IMG/VR virus record: IMGVR_UViG_3300024179_000008
Span: 1 to 33,188 of that record
DNA: 33,188 bases
From: a virus
Lineage: Duplodnaviria; Caudoviricetes
Direction: 5' to 3' (one strand)
The position numbers were made by a program, and so were the translations under genes. Shown one piece after another: positions 24,788 through 33,188 of the stretch; within the stretch, counting starts at the first letter, position 1; every line of letters begins with the position of its first letter. The notes below the pieces were generated by a model. That model was given only the letters and a program-made list of their open reading frames with translations, did no database searches and was not told the DNA's origin.

Positions 24788-27269
24788 CCCAAGTCTTCCC
24801 TCCGTCAGTGCTCTCGTAAGTGATGCCGTTAGGGAGACGTTTTCTCATCACGCTAGTCGAAGAGCCACCACCACCAGCCGAGCCTCCCGGCTTCACCATC
24901 GGGACATTTGGCAAGTCATAGCGTTTCGCCAGCATGGCATCTCGTGCCGCGGACGAGATCTTGCCTTCCTTGACGGCGGCCTCCAGTTTTTCCGGCGAGC
25001 CGTTCACCGTGTCCATGTAGACATTGTGCAGACGCTTCAGGTTGAACTCAAACTGAGCCCGGTCCTGCGATTGCGTCAGATCGCCGTAAACACTCTGAAC
25101 AATTTTGTGCTCGCCTTCCGATACGCTGCCGAGGGCACCGCCAGTCGGAGATTGCTGACGCAATTGTTGGATACGATCCAGGCCGATATTGCCCTTCATG
25201 CCGCTCAATATGGAGTCAAGCTGATAGGCGCCCGTTCCAGGGAAATTCTTGAGTGCCCCGCCCGCTGCTCCGGTCGTCCAGCCATTCGATAGCGCCAAGG
25301 CGCGACCGATGTCCTGAGCGACGATGTCGGTTGTTTGCGTCTTGCCCTGTTGTTTCTCTGTCTCAGCCTTGGCCGCGGGGGTGCCCTGGATCGGCCGTTG
25401 CGCTGGGCCTTGCGGCGTGGCAATCCACTCGTAACCTTCTTGCGGCTTTGGCAGGACAAGGTCGCCCTGTTGCTGCGGCGACCCAGAAGCGGCGGTGGAC
25501 GGCTCGGCCGGAGACGCGCCGGTTGGCGCAACGCCTGGCAAGGGTGCCAGCGCATCAATGCTGGGGTCAAATTTCCTCCCGAGCTGATATTTCGGGACTC
25601 GCCTTGTCTCGTAGCGACCATCGGGCGTTTGGACTGTCTCAGTTTCGAACTCCGTCGAAGCGGAGCGCCGTTGCTCGGCCGCTTTCAATATGTCGTTAAG
25701 GCGCGCTTGCGCCTCTGCCTGTCGAATGGCCTCATCGGTCTTGTAGTGCTCTTGGATATTCTTCCATGGCGTCTCGGCGCCAGCCCGCCCACCAGCAAGG
25801 TCGCTCTGCAGCGGCACGTTAGCCTCGGGGCCGTAGTATTTCATCTGCTGCTCGATCAGCGCCTTCTGACGCTGATAGGCCGGCGAGTTTTCGAGTAGAT
25901 GCGCATAGCCGGCGAACGGATCGCCCGTGATCCCGCCGAGCGCCGCCTTGGCGCGCAACTGCGCGACCCTGGCCTGTAACGCCAGCATCTGCTGCTCGTT
26001 CATGCCAGCGGGCATCTGCGGCATGTAGGACGGCCCCGGCCGCACCGCGGGCGGCGCGGGGGGCACACCAGGCACTGCTGGCGGTGCAACCGGGCCGGCG
26101 GGCGGCGTTCCAAGCGGGCCGGGGCCAGCAAACGGTGCTGCGGTGGCGGCAGGGTCTTGTGGCAGCGCGAGTAAGCCGCCGGGCGGTGCAGCAGGCATCG
26201 GCGGCACGATGGACGGAATGGCAAGGTTCCCTTGACCGGGAATGGCGCGCCCGCCGCGGACGAGATCGCCCGGCACAGGAGCGGGTTCGCCGCCGTCTCC
26301 ACCGTAATCGCCGGGGTCAGCCAAGGCTTGCTGCGTCGCCTTCGGATCGGCCAGCAGTCCCGCCTGGCCTCCTGTGAATACGGGCAAAGCAGTCGCCGCA
26401 GCACCACCAGGCGTGGATGATGCTGCGACATTTGGACCGCCAAAGGCTCGCCAAGTCGTGTTGGTAATCTGCCAAGGACCGGAGGCCGAGGACGGTCCGG
26501 TCACCGTCCCGGTGGACGGATTATAGCCGCCGTTCGGCCCGACGACTTCCTGTTTGATATTCTGCCCGCCGCGGCTCTCAAACTTTTTGATCAGTGAACT
26601 CGCAATAGGCCACTGATCCTCCAAGATCGGACCAGAAAGCGGTAACCCTGCCGATGCTAGAGCCGTTCTGAGTGGCGCGTTGTACGGTGCCCAATGTTGC
26701 AAGCCGTCAGTGGTCGCAATCTTCTTGGCAACCTGCTCTTGCACCTCAATCGGTGCCGCCATTGCCAGGGAGGCACCGCCTCCGCCACCCGTTCCGCTTC
26801 CGCCGCCACCGCCGCCAGTCGGCGTTCCCGTACCAGATGACGCACCATCGCCAGAGGGCGCATTCGGCTGACCGGCGCCAGGCGCACCTCCGACCTTGAC
26901 GATGTCGTCGAGCAGACCCTTCATGTCGGCCGGCAACGACTTGCGCAATTCCGACAGCTCTTTAAGCGACTGCGTCTCGGTGGCGAGCTTCTGGATTTGC
27001 AGGATTTTCAACAACGAATTGTTGTCGCCCCCGCTGAAGGCGGCGGCGGCCTTGCCGATCGCCGAACCGATCGGGATCGGCAGGCGCGACGGCATCCCCG
27101 CATCCGCGAGGGCTCCGGCGAGGGCGCCCCACTTTGCGTTGTCGGCGTTGGCAAGTTCCTGCTGCAGCAGCTTGTTGTAATCGATATTGCCGCTGCCGCT
27201 CAGCAAACCGGCATAGTCGACCCCGCCGCCACCGCCGCCGCCACCAAGTAGCCCGTCAAACAAGCCCAT
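24774..27269 (-). CDS. Putative DNA ejection protein with lytic transglycosylase (Rpf-like) domain, 831 aa
   Basis: IKKFESRGG..SASGPWQITNTTW; C-terminal LRQQSPTGGALGSVSEGE; long low-complexity linkers. Confidence 0.72.
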   Translation of the reverse strand: MGLFDGLLGGGGGGGGVDYAGLLSGSGNIDYNKLLQQELANADNAKWGALAGALADAGMPSRLPIPIGSAIGKAAAAFSGGDNNSLLKILQIQKLATETQSLKELSELRKSLPADMKGLLDDIVKVGGAPGAGQPNAPSGDGASSGTGTPTGGGGGGSGTGGGGGASLAMAAPIEVQEQVAKKIATTDGLQHWAPYNAPLRTALASAGLPLSGPILEDQWPIASSLIKKFESRGGQNIKQEVVGPNGGYNPSTGTVTGPSSASGPWQITNTTWRAFGGPNVAASSTPGGAAATALPVFTGGQAGLLADPKATQQALADPGDYGGDGGEPAPVPGDLVRGGRAIPGQGNLAIPSIVPPMPAAPPGGLLALPQDPAATAAPFAGPGPLGTPPAGPVAPPAVPGVPPAPPAVRPGPSYMPQMPAGMNEQQMLALQARVAQLRAKAALGGITGDPFAGYAHLLENSPAYQRQKALIEQQMKYYGPEANVPLQSDLAGGRAGAETPWKNIQEHYKTDEAIRQAEAQARLNDILKAAEQRRSASTEFETETVQTPDGRYETRRVPKYQLGRKFDPSIDALAPLPGVAPTGASPAEPSTAASGSPQQQGDLVLPKPQEGYEWIATPQGPAQRPIQGTPAAKAETEKQQGKTQTTDIVAQDIGRALALSNGWTTGAAGGALKNFPGTGAYQLDSILSGMKGNIGLDRIQQLRQQSPTGGALGSVSEGEHKIVQSVYGDLTQSQDRAQFEFNLKRLHNVYMDTVNGSPEKLEAAVKEGKISSAARDAMLAKRYDLPNVPMVKPGGSAGGGGSSTSVMRKRLPNGITYESTDGGKTWDARN

Positions 27270-27295
27270 CGCCGGAAATCCCTCTCAAGGCTCAA

Positions 27296-27496
27296 TTATC
27301 GCCGGGCGTGCTCGTCGCGCCGATGATGCTCGCGCGCCTGCTGGCTCTGCTTCTCCGCCTCACGGCGTCCCTTGACCCGGTTGATCGCGGCCTGCTGATG
27401 CGGCGTCCGGGTCGCCAACGGGAGCTGCGATTCGAGATCCTCGATCCGATCATAGGCGGCATCGAGTTCCTCTTGGAGCTGAGCAAAATCCGACAT
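27296..27496 (-). CDS. Hypothetical protein, 66 aa (MSDFAQLQEE...)
   Basis: GAGGAGG RBS; coiled-coil. Confidence 0.6.
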   Translation of the reverse strand: MSDFAQLQEELDAAYDRIEDLESQLPLATRTPHQQAAINRVKGRREAEKQSQQAREHHRRDEHARR

Positions 27497-27497
27497 G

Positions 27498-28655
27498 TCA
27501 CCCTCCTCGGTTTTCGACTTGAGCTAAACGTGCTTCCAGTTCTTTGACGGCGTTCAGCAGGACAAATATGAGATGCCCTGGCGCCAGTGTGGCGAGCCCG
27601 TCGTCAGCGAGCCCGACCATCTCCGGCAACACCGGTTCGACCTCCTGCGCCACCAGGCCATAATAGGTCTGCCCCTCGACAGCAAAGGGCGACTTGCCGG
27701 GGATGTAGCGAAACGAGCAGGGATTGAGCCTGAGCGCCGCGGCTAACCCTGCGCGATACGGCTTAACGCCCTCCTTGATCGAGCCATCGCTAAGCGTGCT
27801 CCACGTACCGGAGGCATTCAAACAAGTGCCGGCCGCGGCACCGCCCGTAGTCGTCACAAACGCCGCGACATTGAGCGTCGCCGCCCGGTTGGTGAACCAG
27901 TGCGCGTTATCGCAGCGGTAAAAGCTGCCGTTCGGGCCGTAGAGATCGATCCCGACCCCACCGCCCCCGTCATAGATCGCGTTACAGGTTCCTTGGCCGT
28001 CAGTGCGGCGAACCGCAAGATTATTGCCACTGACCCGGATTGTCGGGGCGTCGACGTAGGCATTGGCAACGATCAGATTGCAGGCGATGGAATTCGTGAT
28101 GTTTGCGCTGGCTGCCGAAACCGAACTATTGGCGGATATGGTGCTATTCGACCAGAGACTGCCCGCGGTCGCCGCCGCGTCAACATCCAGATTGCCGGCC
28201 GCGTGCATATAATTGCCGGTAACCGAATTACCGCTGACCTGACCGTCGGCTGAAATGCTTCCGGTGGCATGCAATGACACAGTGTCCAGATTGCCGGCTG
28301 AGTGTATATAATTGCCGGTAACCGAATTACCGCTAACCTGACCGTCGGCTGAAATGCTTCCAGAGGCGTGCAATGACACAGCATTGACCGCATTGGCGCT
28401 GATATCGCCGGATGCGGTAATGTTGCCGGTCGATGTTAGCCCAGGCACCACCAACGGCCCGGTCAAGGTGCCGCCAGAGAGCGGCAGACAATTGGCAATC
28501 CCGGTGGTGACCGTGTCGTACCACCGCTTGATGGCACCCATCATCATGCGGCCGACGTCGTTGACGCCGCTCGGTTGCATGCCCTCGGGCCAGCCGTCGG
28601 GCGGCGTCAAATTGTTGCCGGCGTCGGTGTTTGACCAGCTCGATACCTCACTCAT
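27498..28655 (-). CDS. Tail fibre/spike with C-terminal peptidase-S74 intramolecular chaperone, 385 aa
   Basis: N-terminal WSNTDAGN...WPEGMQPSGVND..R.MM; SDGSIKEGV...LNPCSFRY...YGLVAQEVEPVLPEMV...NAVKEL. Confidence 0.85.
   Translation of the reverse strand: MSEVSSWSNTDAGNNLTPPDGWPEGMQPSGVNDVGRMMMGAIKRWYDTVTTGIANCLPLSGGTLTGPLVVPGLTSTGNITASGDISANAVNAVSLHASGSISADGQVSGNSVTGNYIHSAGNLDTVSLHATGSISADGQVSGNSVTGNYMHAAGNLDVDAAATAGSLWSNSTISANSSVSAASANITNSIACNLIVANAYVDAPTIRVSGNNLAVRRTDGQGTCNAIYDGGGGVGIDLYGPNGSFYRCDNAHWFTNRAATLNVAAFVTTTGGAAAGTCLNASGTWSTLSDGSIKEGVKPYRAGLAAALRLNPCSFRYIPGKSPFAVEGQTYYGLVAQEVEPVLPEMVGLADDGLATLAPGHLIFVLLNAVKELEARLAQVENRGG
28185..28381 (-). repeat. 99-bp (33-aa) near-identical tandem duplication inside the tail fibre
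   Basis: VSLHASGSISADGQVSGNSVTGNYIHSAGNLD / VSLHATGSISADGQVSGNSVTGNYMHAAGNLD; DNA period 99; ends approximate. Confidence 0.85.
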
Positions 28656-29134
28656 CGCTGCACCCACCTCATCGCGACGCGCCGCGAGATTGCTTCAAAC
28701 GGCAGCAGGATCGCGAGCTGCCCGCCATCCGGGACATGGCTCTCGAGCGCGTCGCAGGTTTCCAGAAATCCCCACGGAGACGCGGTCGCCTCGGTGATGA
28801 CGTTGCCTTCGGCATCGCGCGCCTGCACGACGCGCGCCCGGCTGGCGTCCATCCCCTGGCACCGCTCCGCAATCACCGGCTTGGGCTCGGGATAGCCCAA
28901 GATCCATGCCATTGTCGTATCGTCCGCGCTGCGTTCGAAAGCCTCGGCAAGCCGCTTGTGCAGGGTCACCAGGCTGCCTTCCGGTCGGCGCACGACATAG
29001 GCGTCGATGCTCGCCGGGATCAGATACTGATCGGCCGGCACGCAGAAGCAGGCGCGTTTCGGATGGTCGACATCAATCGTTGCCAACAATTGCGCCTCGA
29101 TGTCGCGCGGCGGCTCGGGGATCAGAAGCGTCAT
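28652..29134 (-). CDS. Hypothetical protein, 160 aa
   Basis: ATGA coupling at both ends; WILGYPE motif. Confidence 0.7.
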   Translation of the reverse strand: MTLLIPEPPRDIEAQLLATIDVDHPKRACFCVPADQYLIPASIDAYVVRRPEGSLVTLHKRLAEAFERSADDTTMAWILGYPEPKPVIAERCQGMDASRARVVQARDAEGNVITEATASPWGFLETCDALESHVPDGGQLAILLPFEAISRRVAMRWVQR

Positions 29135-30588
29135 AGCTTCGACAACGCCGCGCCGATCCCGCTCAGCAACCCGCCGCCACCTGCGGCCTCCGCTCCCGCC
29201 GCCGCGGTAACGGGGCCGGCAAGCCCCGCCGTAAGCGTCGGCACCCCGGCAGCGGTCAATGCCGCATCTCCGGCAAGGGCACTTGATAGCGCGCTGCTGG
29301 CGCCGCCTAACCCCGCGAGCCCACCAGTGCCGCCGAGCAGAGACTTCAGCCCGGTAAGGCCCGACAACGTGCTGGCTAAGCTGTTCTGGAAATACGGCTG
29401 TGTCGTCGATGAACTGCCGGTTGTCGGCTGCCCGATGTTCTGTAGATACATCGAGAGGTCTTTGAACGGCTCCATCTGCTGCGCGTTGTAGCGGTTCATC
29501 GCATCGTTGATGCCGGCCTGCGCCTGTTGCTGCAACGTGTCGTTGATGCCGGTAAAACCTTGTCCCGCCTGAACCAATTGATTGGCGGCGTTGTACTGGC
29601 TGTTGAGCATGCCCGGGTATTGCTGCAGTGCCGCCGTCCGGTCGTCATTGCCGGCCTGATAGCCACTTTGCAGCGTTCCGGCTCCGGCGGTTTGCGCTAA
29701 AAGCGTGCGCCCGAGGTCTTGGCCTGCCGCATTATAACCCGCCATGCTGGCGTTGGCGGCGTTGGTCTGATTGGCTCCGTATTGCTGGCCGTAATTGGCG
29801 CCAGCCTGGGCCTGCAATCCGGCGTATTGATTGGCCGCAGCATCCTGCCGGGCGCGCTCGTTGGCGTAATTGGTGCCGTAAAGATTGGTCGATATGTCAC
29901 CCAGCGTCTTGCCGAGGTTCTGCTCGTTCTGACCCTGCACGCCGGTGAATGCGCCACTGCCGTAGCGCCCCGCCCTTGCCATCTGAGAGGCGAGCGTCGG
30001 CGCGGTCGACGTCTGGTAATTCCGGGTCACTGGGTCCATCGCCGCCTGGGCCATCTTGTCCAGATACGGGTTGCTGTTGAGGAATGCCCCGCTCGCTGTC
30101 TTGGCGAGCTGCTCCATCCCGGCGCCTTGGCCCTGCGCGATATTCCCCAGCGTCGAGAGCCCGAGGTTTCCGCCCGCGAGGTTTTGTGCGTACTGATTGC
30201 CGGAGGCGATCGCCTGCCCGGCCTGATTTCGCAGATTTGTCTGGTCCGCGTCCGTCCCTTCAGCCAACGCCACCATGCGATTGTAGATAGGCGAATTCTG
30301 AACACCGCTCTTGGTTAGTGAATCCATCCAGGCATTGTTCGCGGCAGGACGAAAACCAGTGTCATTGGCACGGGCGGTATCGACGAGCCCCTGGTAGCCC
30401 TGATTGAGATAATTCGACGGCGCGGTGTAGGGCGCCATCGTCTGACCGGGGAAGTAGCGCGGCCCGCCGATGTCTTCGTAAAGGTTCTTGGCCTGGTTCC
30501 AACCCTGCGTCAGGAACGGCAGTTGCGCCTGCTGCGTCGGGTTGATCGTCGTCGTCGTCGTGTTGCCGCTCGGCCCCTTAGACGGCAT
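29131..30588 (-). CDS. Putative DNA ejection/pilot protein, 485 aa
   Basis: GNTTTTT..P..Q.P.L N-terminus, NPYLD, GRYGSG, Q/A/G/N-rich, hydrophobic Gly-rich C-terminus. Confidence 0.7.
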   Translation of the reverse strand: MPSKGPSGNTTTTTINPTQQAQLPFLTQGWNQAKNLYEDIGGPRYFPGQTMAPYTAPSNYLNQGYQGLVDTARANDTGFRPAANNAWMDSLTKSGVQNSPIYNRMVALAEGTDADQTNLRNQAGQAIASGNQYAQNLAGGNLGLSTLGNIAQGQGAGMEQLAKTASGAFLNSNPYLDKMAQAAMDPVTRNYQTSTAPTLASQMARAGRYGSGAFTGVQGQNEQNLGKTLGDISTNLYGTNYANERARQDAAANQYAGLQAQAGANYGQQYGANQTNAANASMAGYNAAGQDLGRTLLAQTAGAGTLQSGYQAGNDDRTAALQQYPGMLNSQYNAANQLVQAGQGFTGINDTLQQQAQAGINDAMNRYNAQQMEPFKDLSMYLQNIGQPTTGSSSTTQPYFQNSLASTLSGLTGLKSLLGGTGGLAGLGGASSALSSALAGDAALTAAGVPTLTAGLAGPVTAAAGAEAAGGGGLLSGIGAALSKL

Positions 30589-31072
30589 GGCCCAGCTCCT
30601 TTATTGCGACGATGTCCCGAACCGCAACCTGATCGCCGGTCAGCCGTCCCCGCCAGGCACGAGCCCAGCCGGGACGACCGGCGCAGAGGATGTGCGAGCA
30701 ACCGGCGGCACGCGCATGTTCGTCAAAAGTCTTGATCGCGACGTCGATCCACACCCGCATTTCGCGCCCGCCGCAGAACATCATCTCGAGGACGCGGCGT
30801 CGCGGGTACTCGCGGATCTCGGTGGCGATGACGGCGAGCAATTTGCCGTTGCGCTCGATCAGCCAGATGCCGCAGCGTCCCAGCATCGACAGCCGCAAGA
30901 CATCGACCGGCAGATAGCAATCGGTGATGTGCGTTGCCTTGTAGAGCAACGGCTCGATCTCATTCCAGCGGCGGCACAGCTCATCGAGCTGCGGCAGGCG
31001 CACGGCTATGATCGGCTGCGGCACCGGGCAGACATCCGGCACCGCTACGAAATCCGGCTCACACAATGTCAT
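30578..31072 (-). CDS. Virion assembly protein (possibly GNAT-like, P22 gp14/T7 gp13 position), 164 aa
   Basis: TEIREYPRRRVL..FCGG..M..W, ARAAGCSHI...GRPGWAR; synteny. Confidence 0.6.
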   Translation of the reverse strand: MTLCEPDFVAVPDVCPVPQPIIAVRLPQLDELCRRWNEIEPLLYKATHITDCYLPVDVLRLSMLGRCGIWLIERNGKLLAVIATEIREYPRRRVLEMMFCGGREMRVWIDVAIKTFDEHARAAGCSHILCAGRPGWARAWRGRLTGDQVAVRDIVAIKELGHAV

Positions 31073-31356
31073 GTACCAAGCACCCGCCAGGTCAGGCCGT
31101 TGAACCACAGCAATTGTTTTGTCGTGCCGCCGCCGGCAGCATTACCGCCCCAGCCGGCGACACTGCCATCTGTGATGTACGCCATCGTGCCCGGCGTGAC
31201 GTTGACCGGCAGGGTCGCGAATGTGTAGGGCGGCCGGTCGGTCAGACCGATCAGTTGGTTCACGCTGCGCGCAATGTCCCGCAACCAACCCGCCCAGTTG
31301 CCGGGCGGCTGTTCCGGCGCGACCCGTGTCATGGCCGGCGGGCTATGCGCGCTCAT
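31069..31356 (-). CDS. Small tail-associated protein, 95 aa
   Basis: WLRDIARSVNQL helix then YTFATLP...AYITDG...WFNGLTW; coupled at both ends. Confidence 0.6.
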   Translation of the reverse strand: MSAHSPPAMTRVAPEQPPGNWAGWLRDIARSVNQLIGLTDRPPYTFATLPVNVTPGTMAYITDGSVAGWGGNAAGGGTTKQLLWFNGLTWRVLGT

Positions 31357-32930
31357 CGCAATTTAGCCTCGGGCCGCAATTCGACATCGAGCCCCTGGAG
31401 ATGGCGGAATTCCTGCGCTGCCGGCAAATCCATCTGGAACCTGAGATAGCGCCCGGTGACCCGCTGCGGACACTCGCCGATCACATTGCAATGAACTCCC
31501 GGCTCCCAGACCACCGGGTCGGTCAGATGCTCGCGGTGCCCGACAGAGACGGTGACATTGTCCTTGCAGCCCGGCGCGCCCTGGATCAGGGGACGCACCG
31601 ACGACACCCAAGCGCGCTGCCGGTCATTGGGCTGCGTCTCGGCGGTCTGCAGGGTCGGCGCCATCGCCGGGCCGCGGCCGACACCGAGGCGATGGTTGGG
31701 ATCGAAAGCGGTCACGAATTGCGAGCTATTGCCAACCCAGAACGGATCGTCGAGCGGCGGCTGGATGACATCGAGATTGCCGAACGGGTCGAGCTGATCG
31801 AGGTTGTAGCTGGTCGCGTACATCCCGGTCGTCAGCCACTCGAGACGCGCCGTCGCCGGCTCGAGTTCGACAATCGAGGCGCGCCCCAGTTCCCAATTAT
31901 AGATCAGCAAGCGGTTGAACAGACCGCCGGTACTGATGCCGCCGGAGAAGGCCCAGATAATCGTTCTGGTTCTCGGGTCGGCGACGCCCTGGACATTGGC
32001 GACGTAGGTAGCGTCAAGCTCGCGGAAGAACTCGCGGTCGAATTTCTGCGCGCCGATTGGAATGCTCGCCGAGCCATCGAATGCGGCAAAGCCATTCTCC
32101 GAGAGGTAATAGGCAACCGGGCGGATCGCGCCGCCCTGATCGCGCGCATGCCCCTGAACGATCGATAGCGGCGAGATCGTGCCGCTGGCGCCCTGAGCCA
32201 CTTGAAATTGGAACATCAATGGTGGTCCGGTAGAGGCACCTATGTAAATTCCGCGTTCACAGAAGACAGCAACATCACTAGCGGGAGCGAGGCCGGGCAC
32301 TATCCCGGTGACGACACCCAAGTCGGTCTGCTGCAGATCCTGAAAATCCGACTGGAGTTGCAGTGCGGTTATACTGCCTGGCGTCGGCCAGGTCGTCGGA
32401 TCGCCCAGCGCACTCCACCACACCCGGTAAGGCACCGGCCCGAAGGTGGGATCGTTGGTATTGCCGACCATCACGAAGTCTTTGACGGTCGCGACATACT
32501 TAGCGAGCGGCGCGGTCGCGGCCAGCAAGGCAAAATGCGGGTCGCCAACCAGGAGGCTCTGCATCGGATCGATGCCGTTAGTGGCGATGACCCGGTTACC
32601 AAAGCTGGTCATTGACCAGAAGCCCTTGGGTGGAGTGGCGTAAACTCCGCCGGTCGTGCGGCTGCTGTCGGTCAGGGTCCGGGTGCCGAGCGGTATCTGG
32701 TAGAGTTTCTGCCGGTCACCGGCATAGTGATGAACGATGTCGGTCTGATCTTTGACGCTGTAGCTGCCCTGGCACCGCTCGGTCAGCGTGTTGTCGCTGT
32801 ACGGGCTGAATGTCGGCATCGGGCCGTAAGATTTTCCGGTCAACGGCACGCAGTTGCGCATCAATGGGCTGCCGGCATTGGCAAAATCGGGCTGATCCGG
32901 CAGCCATTCCGGCCACGGCACTGCGGGCAT
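31353..32930 (-). CDS. Tail tube/head-closure protein (P22 gp10-like DNA stabilization), 525 aa
   Basis: EWLPDQP, RVWWSALGDPTTW, QSDFQDL, YYLSENGFAAFDG, IGAQKFDREF, GRYLRF. Confidence 0.75.
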   Translation of the reverse strand: MPAVPWPEWLPDQPDFANAGSPLMRNCVPLTGKSYGPMPTFSPYSDNTLTERCQGSYSVKDQTDIVHHYAGDRQKLYQIPLGTRTLTDSSRTTGGVYATPPKGFWSMTSFGNRVIATNGIDPMQSLLVGDPHFALLAATAPLAKYVATVKDFVMVGNTNDPTFGPVPYRVWWSALGDPTTWPTPGSITALQLQSDFQDLQQTDLGVVTGIVPGLAPASDVAVFCERGIYIGASTGPPLMFQFQVAQGASGTISPLSIVQGHARDQGGAIRPVAYYLSENGFAAFDGSASIPIGAQKFDREFFRELDATYVANVQGVADPRTRTIIWAFSGGISTGGLFNRLLIYNWELGRASIVELEPATARLEWLTTGMYATSYNLDQLDPFGNLDVIQPPLDDPFWVGNSSQFVTAFDPNHRLGVGRGPAMAPTLQTAETQPNDRQRAWVSSVRPLIQGAPGCKDNVTVSVGHREHLTDPVVWEPGVHCNVIGECPQRVTGRYLRFQMDLPAAQEFRHLQGLDVELRPEAKLR

Positions 32931-32931
32931 T

Positions 32932-33188
32932 TCAGCTCCCCTGAACGGCTGGCGGCAAGCGCGCCTCGATAGCGGTTAGCCGCTCCGAAATCTCGCGAAT
33001 TGCGTTGATTACGCCAAAAATGATTCGGCCATAGTCGACGGTTTTTACCGTCCCATCTCCTGCATCGATCGGCGAATTCCCGACCAGCTCGGGCATCACC
33101 AACTCGACCTCTTCAGCGATCAGGCCATAATTTATCGCCGGGCCAAACGTGCTAACCCGCCAACTAAATGTCACCGGACGCAGGCCGC
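32932..33188 (-). CDS. 3' end of a second tail fibre with S74 chaperone domain (truncated by the window)
   Basis: VTFSW...YGLIAEEVELVMPELV...TVDYGRII..VINAIREISERL. Confidence 0.8.
   Translation of the reverse strand, partial: GLRPVTFSWRVSTFGPAINYGLIAEEVELVMPELVGNSPIDAGDGTVKTVDYGRIIFGVINAIREISERLTAIEARLPPAVQGS

Noticed and set aside
28185-28381. Diversity-generating retroelement TR/VR pair
   Set aside because: In-frame adjacent duplication, differences not adenine-specific, no reverse transcriptase in the window

Overview
This 33.2-kb, GC-rich window is the non-integrated form of a temperate, P22-like podophage; an alphaproteobacterial host is inferred from the tRNA-Thr(GGT) att core and gene families. 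Left arm, minus strand: portal, large and small terminase, and a DUF6362-like regulator, interrupted by small plus-strand accessory genes. Middle: a replication block (iteron-bearing origin, AEP primase-SF3 helicase, putative SSB, Cas4-like nuclease, DNA methyltransferase, VRR-NUC nuclease), a divergent Cro/CI-like switch, xis-int and an intact attP carrying only the 3' part of tRNA-Thr(GGT). Right arm, minus strand: tail/head-closure, tail-fibre and DNA-ejection genes. Capsid and endolysin genes are not seen and probably lie outside the window. The most notable unexplained signal is a structured non-coding element present twice, 13 kb apart (6009-6090 minus, 19185-19276 plus), each time sense to a key operon, with identical cores and different variable hairpins. 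Other signals are a circularly permuted Rpf-like transglycosylase domain in an ejection protein, paralogous peptidase-less repressors, and several small unannotated ORFs. All family assignments are by motif recognition; no database searches were run.
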